Part shown: positions 41,596-53,400 of the stretch, piece by piece | How positions within the stretch are numbered: the stretch's first letter is position 1 | Layout: each line of letters opens with the position of its first letter | Source of the DNA: Azolla caroliniana | Lineage: Eukaryota > Plantae > Polypodiophyta | Length of the DNA stretch: 64,000 bases | Assembly: GCA_043228905.1 (NCBI GenBank) | Contig: JBHGNT010000011.1 | Location: 20,398,001-20,462,000, forward strand | Direction: 5' to 3' | The notes under the pieces: model-generated | What the model was told of the DNA's origin: nothing | Seen by the model: only the letters and a program-made list of their open reading frames with translations | The model's database searches: none | Program-made: the position numbers and the translations under genes

Positions 41596-41939
41596 TAGTT
41601 GTACTTTGACTTGAAGAAACTTTATAAAAATGTGTTTTTGGACATTTTTAGAATGTTTTCAATGGGGACTCAAGGATGTTAGTACCCCATACCTACCACG
41701 AAGAAGCATGGATGTTACCAATGTGCCAAATTTATTTCTCCACCATTGCACATTTTCTTAAATGCACAATAAGCCCTCTTTCCTTATTCCAAGTGGCGAG
41801 TACCACATTCATCCCATCTATGATTGGAGGGAACGATAAGCCCAACATATTTAATCCTTTTACGTTTTCATGTGGCTTGTTCTTGTGACAATGTATAGTT
41901 TATCTTTAGTTTGAGTTCGTACTAACATAATATTTTTTT

Positions 41940-42252
41940 GGGAAAAGTACCAGGATACCCCTAGAAGTTCGTCTATTTACCAGAATGCCCCTGGAAGTTC
42001 CAAATTTACCAAACTACCCCTATGTCCAAAAAAATACACTTTATAAAGTAAGTACAAAGGACCCAAAGAATCTCTTAAATAAAGAAATTTGTGTTTGAAG
42101 GGTATTCTGGTAAATAGGGTTTGTAGATTTGAGTGTATAATTACTTTATATAGTGTATTTTTTTGGACATAGGGGTAGTTTGGTAAATTTGGAACTTCCA
42201 GGGGCATTCTAGTAAATAGACGAACTTCCAGGGGTATCCTGGTACTTTTCCC
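41940..42252. mobile_element. Mutator-type MITE (foldback) with ~110-bp TIRs and a 9-bp TSD
   Basis: Ends GGGAAAAGTACCAGGATACCCC... and ...GGGGTATCCTGGTACTTTTCCC. Flanks TATTTTTTT and TATTTTGTT. Confidence 0.9.
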
Positions 42253-42967
42253 TATTTTGTTTTGGGGTAATTGATGCTCCATCTTTAAGACACATACAAA
42301 AGTTTTACTATGCACTTGTAAGCTTTTCATCATACTCCAAACTATTGGTGGAAACCACAAAATCATTTGTGTATATAACTACATTCTCAGTAATAACTTA
42401 TTCAATGCATTCTTGAGCTACAAACTCTTTCTATTAATTGATGCATAAACCAAAGAGGGTTGCCCATCGAGAGATGGACGTTCTTTCACTCGAGACCAAT
42501 AGAGCTACTGCAAAAAAATCTGAAATATCATATTCCATATGCACGCAACGCATTATCTATCATCTTGACATAGACTCAAGAATTGTGAGCATATATTATT
42601 CACTCTTTCCCCCTCCCTCAAAATAAAAATCTCAAGCTCATCCATGTGTCTCTAATGATGCTCGCGAGGGACCACATTTGAAAAGTTTTTTGGCGAAGTC
42701 CACAAAACAACAAAACATGTAAATCCTTTTATCTTTCGAATGTGTTTCCTCCATTAATCAAGTTTTCGAAGAGCGAGAAGGTGACTGCCATCGTTATTGC
42801 TACGACGTTTTCCCAAAAACAAACAAATGAAACTTATAACTCTGTATCTGTAGGCTCGTCTTTTTTTACCATACATAGAATACACACATACATATACATA
42901 TACTTCAAAAATCTAGTCTAGTCTAGCTCTGGCATACAAAGCATTGATCAACGGTTTTTGTCCCCGC

Positions 42968-43024
<57 letters not shown>

Positions 43025-43139
43025 TTTACTGTCTTTTGATTTACTGTCTGGCATTCACATCTCCCCTGTTCCCGCAAGGTTTCATCCAATTCATGGAGAG
43101 ATGCAGACGCAGAGATAGATAGATAGAGAAATAGAGAGA

Positions 43140-43173
<34 letters not shown>

Positions 43174-43191
43174 AGGCGTGTGGGGAGGGCA

Positions 43192-46100
43192 ATGGAGGTC
43201 GTGTGCGTGACTGGAGCTAGCGGCTTCATCGGCTCATGGCTCGTACGATTCCTTCTCCAACGAGGCTACCGCGTCCGAGGCACTGTGCAAAACATAGGTA
43301 GCTCGAAACACACCTCTCCCTCTCTCTGATTCTTTCTTTCTTTCATGCTTACATGGTTTTTCTTTTTTGTATTTTTTTGTAACCCTAAACACCAGGAATT
43401 CGAAAATGGATTCCTTTCTTTGGAAATGTGTTTTTCTTCTCCTGGCGAATTAGAATTAGAAACATTGGCACCTTCCTTGAGGATTCCCATGGCTTTCATG
43501 ATCGTCAAGCTTTTTTATTTTCTAGGAAAATGCGTTTCCTTCTTCCATTTTTTCAATGCCTATTTCTTGATGACTCATGGCCTGCAGGGAGTCCTTAAAA
43601 AAATGTGCTTTTTTCTCCCGTTCCGTCTTTTCATCTATGGAATATATAATTACAGATCTGTTTGTCAAGGATTCCTTGGGCCCTTTGTCTTTTATTATTC
43701 TATCGACGCAATATAGGAGTCCACACCTCTTCTGCCTTTGGTTTCATAAGGATCCATGCCTCATGATCAAGCTTCAGAAACAACATTCAATTTCTTCCTT
43801 TCATTCTGTCTTTTATCAATGGATTAATTAGAAGTCCACAATTCCCATCTTCTCACCAAGCTTGGAAACATGTTGTGACTTATTTGCAGAAAATGAGAGA
43901 GAGACCAAGCATTTGATGAGTCTCGAGGGAGCAGAGGAGAATTTGGAACTGTTTCAGATAGATCTACTGGATTTTGACACATTGGGAAGAGCCATCGGCA
44001 AGAGCAATGGAGTTTTCCATTTGGCTTCTCCTTGCACATTGGATCCATGTAAAGATCCACAGGTAATCATCATCATCACCATCATCACAACAAACATTAT
44101 AATTATCATCATTCATAATCTCTCTCAGATTAAGTACTAGTGTTTAAAAGGGAAAAGGATAAATAGTTTAGTAAAACTTTAGCTGCACATGTTGTCTCTC
44201 AGGGCTTTAATGTGAGAAAGGTAGTGAAAAGAGAAAGGGTTCTTTTATGGAAGTAAACATGTTGCAAATTAGAAGGATGTTGCTTATATATATAACGATG
44301 GAAATATTTAAAGGTATTTGATTAATCGACAAAATTAATTGGAGTAGGAGCGGCTATCATTGCCTCAGAGGGAGCAATAGCAGCTACTGGGTCAAAAATA
44401 TAATTAAATATGCAATATAACTATTTTGATTCTGTGCATTGCATAATTTATTTTGCGTTAATTAGTGGATCAGTTAATTAAGTAATGTTGCATAATTAAT
44501 TAAGTAATGTTGCATAATTAGTAGTGCCTCTCTTAACTAGAGGTAGGCAAATCTCGACCTAATCTGTAGCGATATTAGTTAGAGCACTTGGGGATTAATA
44601 ATTGGCAGAATGCTTTAGGCGCGTTAATTGCTGTGCCTACTTGGAAAATAGGGTAAATACACTGTCATTTTAACTTTTAAATAAGGATTTTTCAAAATGA
44701 GTGGTATTCTTGCAAAATAGGGTAGATAGACTGGCATTTTAACTTTTAGATAATGATGTTTCAAACAGAAATCCTTGTACTGTTTTTATGCCCTGTCATT
44801 TGAAAGTAGGATTGCATACAACTTGATAGCGTTTTATTAAGAGTTATAGAAAGGCTTTCATTAATGAAGAGACAAACCTTAGGGATTATGACTTGTTCAT
44901 CTCTTGATTTAGACGTTTCATTGAGTAGATTGAGCTCATTGATCCACAACTATCCTTATGTATAGATAGCCATGTAAATCTTGATTGCGTTTGTACATTC
45001 AGGGCAGTGTATATACATATTTAAGTAAAACTGTTTCAAACAGAAACCATTCTGCATAAGGTTTCTTTGCAGGTTTCTGCTCCTTTTTTTAAAACATGGC
45101 TTTTCAGTATACTTCATTTTTCTTGATTGGCTTTTTATAAAGAGATGTGTAAGGGTTATGCCCAATTAAGAAGGGGTATAACCATGGGACAATGATTTGT
45201 TCTTTCGTTTTTTTTGGTATTTTGTTGAGTAGGCTGAGCTCATTGATCCAGCAGTCCAAGGCACTATAAATGTTTTGAAAGCTTCACATGCAGCTGGAGT
45301 AAAAAAGGTTGTCGTGACATCTTCAATTTCTGCAATGTTTCCAAATCCTCAACTACCTCCAGGCACTGCTGTGGATGAGAATAGTTGGACTGACATTGAA
45401 TACTGCAAAAAAAAAGAGGTATAGAGATACCATTTCCTGATGAAATTGCACATTATAGGTAGGACAAGTTTGTCTTCATTTTGAAGATGGAAAGTAGAGG
45501 AACAATTTCAAAAATGCTGTTTTCTTTTGTGTTAACAATATGAAAAGTGTTCCCAAGATTTTGGAAATACCAAGTTATACACCATGGAATGCTCTTAATC
45601 ATGCAATTCAGAAAGTAGAGGAAAAAATTTCAAAAATGCTTTTCCCTTTTGTGTGCAATATTAAAAGTATTCCCCTTGGGAAATACCAAATTATACCCAT
45701 TGGTAAAAAAGTTGAGTATATAGTTAATAATGTTAGACTGCAGAATCAGCAATTCAGTTCATATCAGTAATCTGATTTGCAGAAGATACTTTTGAATTTA
45801 AAGCACTAATGGGTTTGATGACTTTGTTTTTGCTTGCAAGCAGTGGAATAATTATACCCTTCTCGCTTCCTGAAACTTGATTCCGCAACTCTAGTCTGAT
45901 GTTCACTTAATTAACTTGTTATATTAAGCCAAGGGTTTCTAGTCTTATAGTAAATAACTCATTAAATTTTTATGGTCATAGCCTGCCTTTTTGATCAAGG
46001 GTGTAGTTTGATAGGTACAAAACCTTATATTGCTTATCTCACAGACCATCCTAGTGTTACTAGCCATGTTACAGGAGAAATGGAGTGATTTTCCCTGATA

Positions 46101-47878
46101 AGGATATCCCATTGACCAAGAAAAAAATGTCTGGAATGCAGTTTTGGTATCCAATCTCAAAGACACTCGCCGAGAAAGCTGCGTGGAAGTTTGCGGAAGA
46201 AAATGGGCTGGATGTGGTTGTCATCAACCCTACATGCGTATTAGGGTACTCATTGCAACCTGCACTTAATGCCAGTAGTGCTGTTTTTCTGAACATGATA
46301 AACGGTATTGTACTTTGTTAATCCTTTTTAACAGTTATAGATTCCTAAATTTAAATAATTTTGATTAGGACCATGTCCCACTAAGATGTAGTAACATTTA
46401 AGAGACAAACACCAAATACTCTTAAATTCTAGTCGCATGTATAGTCCTAAACAGGGAATGGATATAGACCTAAAATGGAAAGTTTTTCCTTTTATCGCAA
46501 AGACACCAAGGATTTTGATTGGTTAAGACACAGTTCAAATCGTTAATACTCCTGAAAATCAGAGTTTTCTGGAATTGAGCAGTTCCAGAGACAATAGGCA
46601 TGCAAAGTTTATTAAAAAGACTGTCCTACAATGCTCTTATAGGTTTTGAAACTCTTAGTGGAACTGGATTTTAACCTTATTTAAGGATTTGCCAGACTAT
46701 TATAATGTCCTCCCAAAATGTGGAGATATTCTTGTTCATCCTTTTGTTTTGCTAAGGACCATAGGTGAAATTTTTTCACATATAGAGGGGGTTGTACCCA
46801 CATGGAACACTTTTAAGTGTTAGGACTGGATTCAAATAAAGTCGGTCATATGAGATAATCATGATTAATAAATAGAAGTCTGACAGATTAACTCTCCACC
46901 CCAACCGTAAAGGTAATCATGATTTATAGGCAGAAGGCTTCATGATGAACACTCCACTCAACAGAAATGCCCAGGTATCTTATGTCAGGGATGTATGTGC
47001 ACTAGAGTAGCTTGAGGTTTTACAACTAATAGAACAGAGGAAAAATAGGTTAGAATGGAATTGAGAACACAAGAGGGTATGTATCTGACCCTTGTATGTT
47101 CATAAGCGCTCAGTCCAGTGTTTGGATCCTAGCTATCCAAACAAAACAATCCAAATGAAATAGAGCCCTAATTGATGTTATGATGTGCACATAACACAAG
47201 TGTTCACATATATTCGAAAGATTATGCAGGCTAATATATAAGCTAGGAAAATGATATGTACACAATATCAATATACTTCACCATTCGTTTCTCACTTGCA
47301 TTGTTTTCTGTAATTTGTGTGCCATCTGATTCAGTCTAATGTTAAACTTTTCAAATTTCTCTCTTTATTTTCATTGTTCTATTTTCTGTAATGAAAAAGG
47401 AAAAAAATACATATTAGGGTTTCAAATAAGAAATCTTATTGCTTACAATGTTTCTTTATCAGGGTCTACTGACAAACAGGAGCTGTCTTGGCTCGGTATT
47501 GTACATGTCGAAGATGTTGTGCGAGCTCAAATTTTGCTTTATGAATCCCCGAATGCCAAAGGCAGACATTTGTGCACTGAAGAAATCACTCATTTCAGTG
47601 ATTTCGCTGAAGAAGTTAGCCAATTGTACCCACACTTCAATGTGTATAAGTGAGTGAACAAATTGGTAAAAAGTTTGTAGGGCTATCTGCAAATATAGAG
47701 ATAGAGTTTTAATGCTGTATATGATATCAGGTTTAAGGAAGACACTCATCCGGAGCTCGTGCGCGTGGTGAATCCATCAAAGAAGTTAGTAGATCTCGGC
47801 TTTTCATTCAGTTCAAGAGAAAAGGTCATTCAAGATACGGTTAGAAGTTTACAAGAGAAAGGATTACTTTCCGAGTAA
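43192..47878 (+). CDS. Cinnamoyl-CoA reductase-like (CCR-like) NAD(P)-dependent reductase, 320 aa, 6 exons
   Basis: Exons 43192-43297, 43890-44062, 45233-45418, 46142-46304, 47463-47649 and 47731-47878 join in frame (963 nt). Motifs: [43 protein letters not shown] (YxxxK), VHVEDV. Confidence 0.92.
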
Positions 47879-50467
47879 AAACAAATGCTTGTCAATGTGT
47901 CTCGAGTGAATTTCCTAATCCAGAGATGGATGGCACATGCATTCCTCATCTATGTACATTTGTTATCATTCTAGTTTCTAGTAACAATAAAAACTCGGCA
48001 TTGTTGTAAAACTTATAAATGCTGAAGACTCATATTCAGAAAATCTGTCATTTTTAACAATGTCAAATTTTCCAATATTTTAAGTTCTAATAACATAGCG
48101 TGTTTTTTCCAATTTTGGAAGATTTGATGCAGAAACAATTTCTGTAAAATATTGACAACCCCGAAAAACCGTACTAGACAGTAGCAAACCTAGTTTGAAC
48201 ATGAATCCAAGGTGAAATATCATAAATACTCCCTCCTATATTGGGTACTATCAATTATGGCCCTGCTGTATATTTTTTTATCATATCAGAAGTACCTTTG
48301 GCAAAAGTGTAGAGGGTCCAAAGGAAACGTTTTTTAGCAAACTGATTAGGCTATCGGTGCCAAATTTGATCAACCTAGTTCATTATGGTGCAGCCACATT
48401 AGGTTATCATGTAACTAATTAGATAAAATTAATTATAGTCATGCAACCTATTTAGAGTAGTGTGATAAGATCAAACTAATTAATAATGGCTAAACCTAAT
48501 TGATTAGGTCTTGCAATTAATTAGGTTTTTGATGGAGCTGGTTATTTTCCCCAACAAATGTAAGACACTAGCAAAATGCCTAGGGTATCTTCGACTCAAC
48601 ATCAAGCAAGCAAGAGTTTGGTAAAAATATTGATGAGCTTTTGAATGTGTATTTTTCTCTTCATGAAACATGACCCATACTTGGTATTTGAAATCACACA
48701 AAGATATATGTAATTGTAGAATGTTGTTTCTATTATCCAACGTTTTTCTAAGGATTTCTTCTAGTGAGCTCTACGCTTCAAGAAGTGAGTTTTCTCCTAT
48801 GAAGGTGACACACCTAGTACTCACCAATGTTTGTGCATCGATTTCATATTAAAGAACTCATCCAAGTTTGATAATATAAATCTTCATATTAAAACAAGGA
48901 TGCTATGACATTTGAAATGTCGTAGCATTATAACATTAAGAAGGAGATTCTTAATACCACTAGAACTCATCTAAATTTTCAATATTAAAACTAATAACAA
49001 TGTGAAATACACTAATAATTTCTCTGCTTATGGCACTTATCATTGCAAATATAACAACATTTGATGGATTATTACCCATATATTTTCTCTTATGTGATTG
49101 CATTCTATTATAATTGACGCATTGATGTTGATTAATCCACGACTAGTCTTGAAAGTTCCCTAATTGCACATTTTAATGATAGTTCAATTTTGCAGAAGGA
49201 TGTTTTCTAAATATAATAAATATGATAAGGCTATTAATGATATTTGTTTATTTGTTGTGATCACTAGAGTTTCATGAACATCCTCCATAGACAAAACATA
49301 CAATAGATGAGGAGATATTGTGAATCGATTGAAAAGGTAGCCCATTGATAGTTGATACTTGAGAAGAAGAATTTCATATTGAACTGGATAATTGCTCAAA
49401 TATGACATATAATTGCTTTAAATGTGGCTAACAAGAGGGCATTTGTGGAGATAATATAAATGTACTAAAACATACATGAAATCCATTAGTGAAGATCATA
49501 GTTAAATATGGCATGCAGTTTTGCGAACATGCATCCATCCATAGACAAAATGTAGTAGACATACTAGGACATATTCGTAAGGATATTCTATTCCATCATC
49601 TTGCCAAAACATTGACTCATCGAAAGCTAAAACTTCACCAACATTACATCATCTTTTGCTCCTAGAACTCAAAGCTGTCGCCTTTTCAAATTTGTTGCAT
49701 TTTCTTTCAACCTCCAATGTGTACATAGTTTAGAGAAAAACTTTGAAATTTTGTTGCACATTTCCTTGTTTCTCCAAATGCTATGACGTTTTGTTCCCCG
49801 AATGTCCTTGGTCAAGCCCATGCAAGGGCAAATTTTACGTCATTGGGCAACTATATGGTAGACCTATCACCTCGTTCTGTCTCCTCAAGTTGACTATAGA
49901 TATTTGGGGAAAGAACAAAAACTCAAGGTCTCATTTGTGAAAATAAAGAAAAGCCCTAGGACATTTCAAAGTTTTCCCTAACATCCTGATGTTTAATCAA
50001 ACATCTGGTACTCATGTGTACTTTTCATATTTGAGTTTTAAGTTGTGTATGCTTGTCTATGAATGAAACACGATAGGTTAGTATTAGCAGTATTGTAGAT
50101 ATTATACTTATTTCTCTATGATCTAACATAAAAGCAAGTTTCTTGGTGTTGTAACTTTCTGATTGTTTGGTGATTGTAACAATTACTAAAAGAAAAAATT
50201 GGAACCATGATTTTGGAAATTCTCTCCTTTGTAATATAGATTATCTCAAGTGTCAAAGTTGATGGGTACATGAATTCTACATGCCCAAGCAACGGCTTAC
50301 ACGTGTATACAAGAGTAACATAATCTTGCATTCATGATCTCGAATTTACATTGCCCTTGCGGTGTAACCTTTTCAACAATAGCTTTTCCACATTTAACAC
50401 TGCCCTTGTTCTGAACCTCTCTCGACAAGTCTTTGCATTTTTCAAGCTTCTCTCTATGTAAACAAAC

Positions 50468-53400
50468 TGTTACGGGCATGACCATATAATATCCCGTGGT
50501 GAGAATTTACCGTAGTATTCTATACACGTGGATAAGTGTGAGGGTTAAACGAGAGTGTAAAGAAGGGGAGGATTACTTTTAATCCTCGGGATTGAGACAA
50601 CCCATTAGGTCAAGTGTGAACTTGCCTGGGGGCCTTGGGTATCGCTATAAATAAGAGGCCTAGCTACCCTCATTTGAGGATCTTTTGACTACATCGAGAC
50701 TCTGCTCGTGTGGTGGGTCAACTCTTGTAGCGAGCGCGCCAGCACCAGGTACGACTCGACGCCACGACGGTGGTATGGGACGCTGATCGAGGCTCGAGTC
50801 CATCTCGATCCCTTCGCTCGGGGGTGGTCGGGTGGATCGGCACCCTTCTTTCTCTTTCTCCTTTCTATCTTTCATTTCTTTATCCTTATCTTAAGCTTAC
50901 TTTAGTACCTAGATCTATAATATTTGGTATCAGATTTTTGTACTAATGTTTCTTTGTTTTTCATTTGTCTTTTGATTGATGCTGATCGATCATTGTGCGG
51001 TTGACCTTGATCCAGACAACGATCAACAAAGAATTTCGGTAACTCTTTCCATAATTTTTCTTTCTATTCTCTCTTCTCCCATCTAATCATGTGTTTAGTT
51101 TATATGTAATTTTTTTCATTAAGTCAATGATGTTGTAGTGGTCTTTAATTGATTATCTAAAACGTTTACATATGTGCACGAGGTCAATACCTCGTTTGAC
51201 ATATTAATAATATGTGATGAGTGTCGTATGCGTACGAGGTTAATACCTCAATTACGTATTACTTTCACGAACATATGTTACGTTTGCGTATGAGTTTAAT
51301 ACCTTGATTTGTTGTAAACGATATGCGGTTGGTCTCGTATGCGTAAGAGGTCAATACTTCAATTGCGTATTACGATGATCTCTTATTTGTGGATGTTTCG
51401 TGTGCGTAGAGGTATATACCTCGATTACGTATCTCGATCACATCATTTGTGGCTATTTAATATAACGATATGTTTAATATTGGCATATGTGGTCACATAT
51501 ATACGTATTTGATCGTATATATGTGAAAAGTAAACATATGTGTATATTCGTTATTACGTGATTATGTCGAAAGTTGTCATGGTCGGGAAAAGGATGTTGG
51601 TGGCCGTCACATTTTTGTGAGAATGGCGTTGTCACCATCCCTTTTTCAACAATTTTTTATTGTTGATAACCCCGTTGATGACCTCGATTTCGTTACGTAA
51701 AGAAACGCCAATAGCCATAATGATGTTGAGTACGTAGGGCTTGACCCACTTCAAGTGAGGTCACTCCAATGACGCACGTATCCAACATCCCTCCCTCGTT
51801 ACATGGATACGATGCCACCATGAGCTCGTTCTTACGAGAGGCATTCGTAATGACGTGACCATGTGATGGCCCACGTGAGCCTACTACGAAACAAGGGCTC
51901 ATTTGGCTTCACCATTAGGTTGCACTTTGGCGTATGCCATCGTAATTACGAGACTTGAGGATAGGTAACGTACCAACATAGTTTTGGTAAATGAGGGCGA
52001 AATAAGGACCCTTGACATATATGTTCTTTTAAAAAAACATATATGATCAATTGCCTCGCATATCTCTTATACGCATCAAACATTAAGCATTCGAGAAGAG
52101 CAACTTACTTGGTTGGCTCAAGTGTTTAATGTATTTGTTCTCGAGGTCTCGAGTTCAAATATGACCAAGACAATACAACATCCTTGATACATATGACTAT
52201 AACACATGTTTAGACTTAAGGTCTAAGTGCACCTCGGGGTCCTCGTAATAGGACTTAAAGAGCCGAAACCACATGTGTGGGCACCGAAACATAGTTGATT
52301 ATTAACATTTTTTTCGTGTATAAACAATTCATGACGCGAACATACATGGTTGAGCCTCGGGGAGCCACCATAAAAAAATCGATATAGAGATCAGGGAAAG
52401 ACATTTATTTGTCACCCCCATGGTTTTTAAAACACCTTTGTGTTACCATAGTAACCTGATCTTGAACCTCATCTCATACGTCTAGAGGGGTATTGACGTG
52501 AGATAATGATATCGATTAATGCTCGCCCATGATATGTTTACATCACGACATGATGTTATGACTATATCTCTGACCTTATCCTATTTCTTTTCCAGAAATA
52601 ATCTTTAATGGCTCAAATTAACGACCCGATGTCATCCGCTCAAGCGGAAGGAACTCAAGGGAATCCTCCTGGACAAATGTCCACTGAGATGTATTTGGCA
52701 CAAATAACCCAATACCTTAGTTTCACCGCTCAACAGATGACCGAACTTCGGCAATCTCAGAGTGCTCTTGAGGCACGTGTTATTAGTCTACAACGTGAGA
52801 CTAATAGACCTGATGAGCGACAAGGTGAACCATCATTTGTCGTTAAGCCATTTACCGGAGACAAAAAGGAAAGAACCGAAGAAGCAATCTGCACATGGCT
52901 GGGACGATGGGAGTCTCATTTTGAGCTCTATCCCACGCCAGATAGTACGAAGATTGCATATGTCGGCCGAGAACTCGGGGGTAAGGCCGCCGCCTGGTGG
53001 CGTGGCCTCCGTACTATGGGGAAATTGCCCGATACCTGGATAGATTTTGTCACGGTTTTTAAGGGCCAATTTCTGCAACCTCCCTCTTGAACCGAGGCAG
53101 CACAAGCTTTAATGAACCTCTCTAGCAGGAAATTTTCCTCGCTAGAAGACTATGTTCACCATGCTAGAACCCAAATCCAAAAATCGGGTCTAGAAGGGGA
53201 CAATTCGTTGATAGCTTGTTTTGTCAATGGCATCCCCAATTCGGACTATCACTGGATAGTGCAAGATAAGGATCCAAAATCCTTCGAAGAGGCCGTTGAA
53301 ATAGTTCTTCGCTATCAACGCACTTCGAAGAAGGACCATAACAAACCCAACGAAGCGCCCGGGACTAAGCAGTCGCAATTTGTTGGGAAACGCAAGACAC

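Noticed and set aside
48900-50467. Decayed DNA-transposon (MULE/SWIM-like) coding remnant
   Set aside because: Only vague Cys/His spacing is visible, with many stops. It cannot be supported without a profile search.
41137-50922. LTR element that captured the CCR-like gene
   Set aside because: The gene keeps all its introns, the first LTR has no PBS, and the second is followed by its own PBS and gag-pol.
51169-51435. CRISPR-like repeat-spacer array
   Set aside because: The repeats are degenerate, the linkers are short and partly related, the context is a eukaryotic retrotransposon leader, and there are no cas genes. Kept only as a hairpin array.
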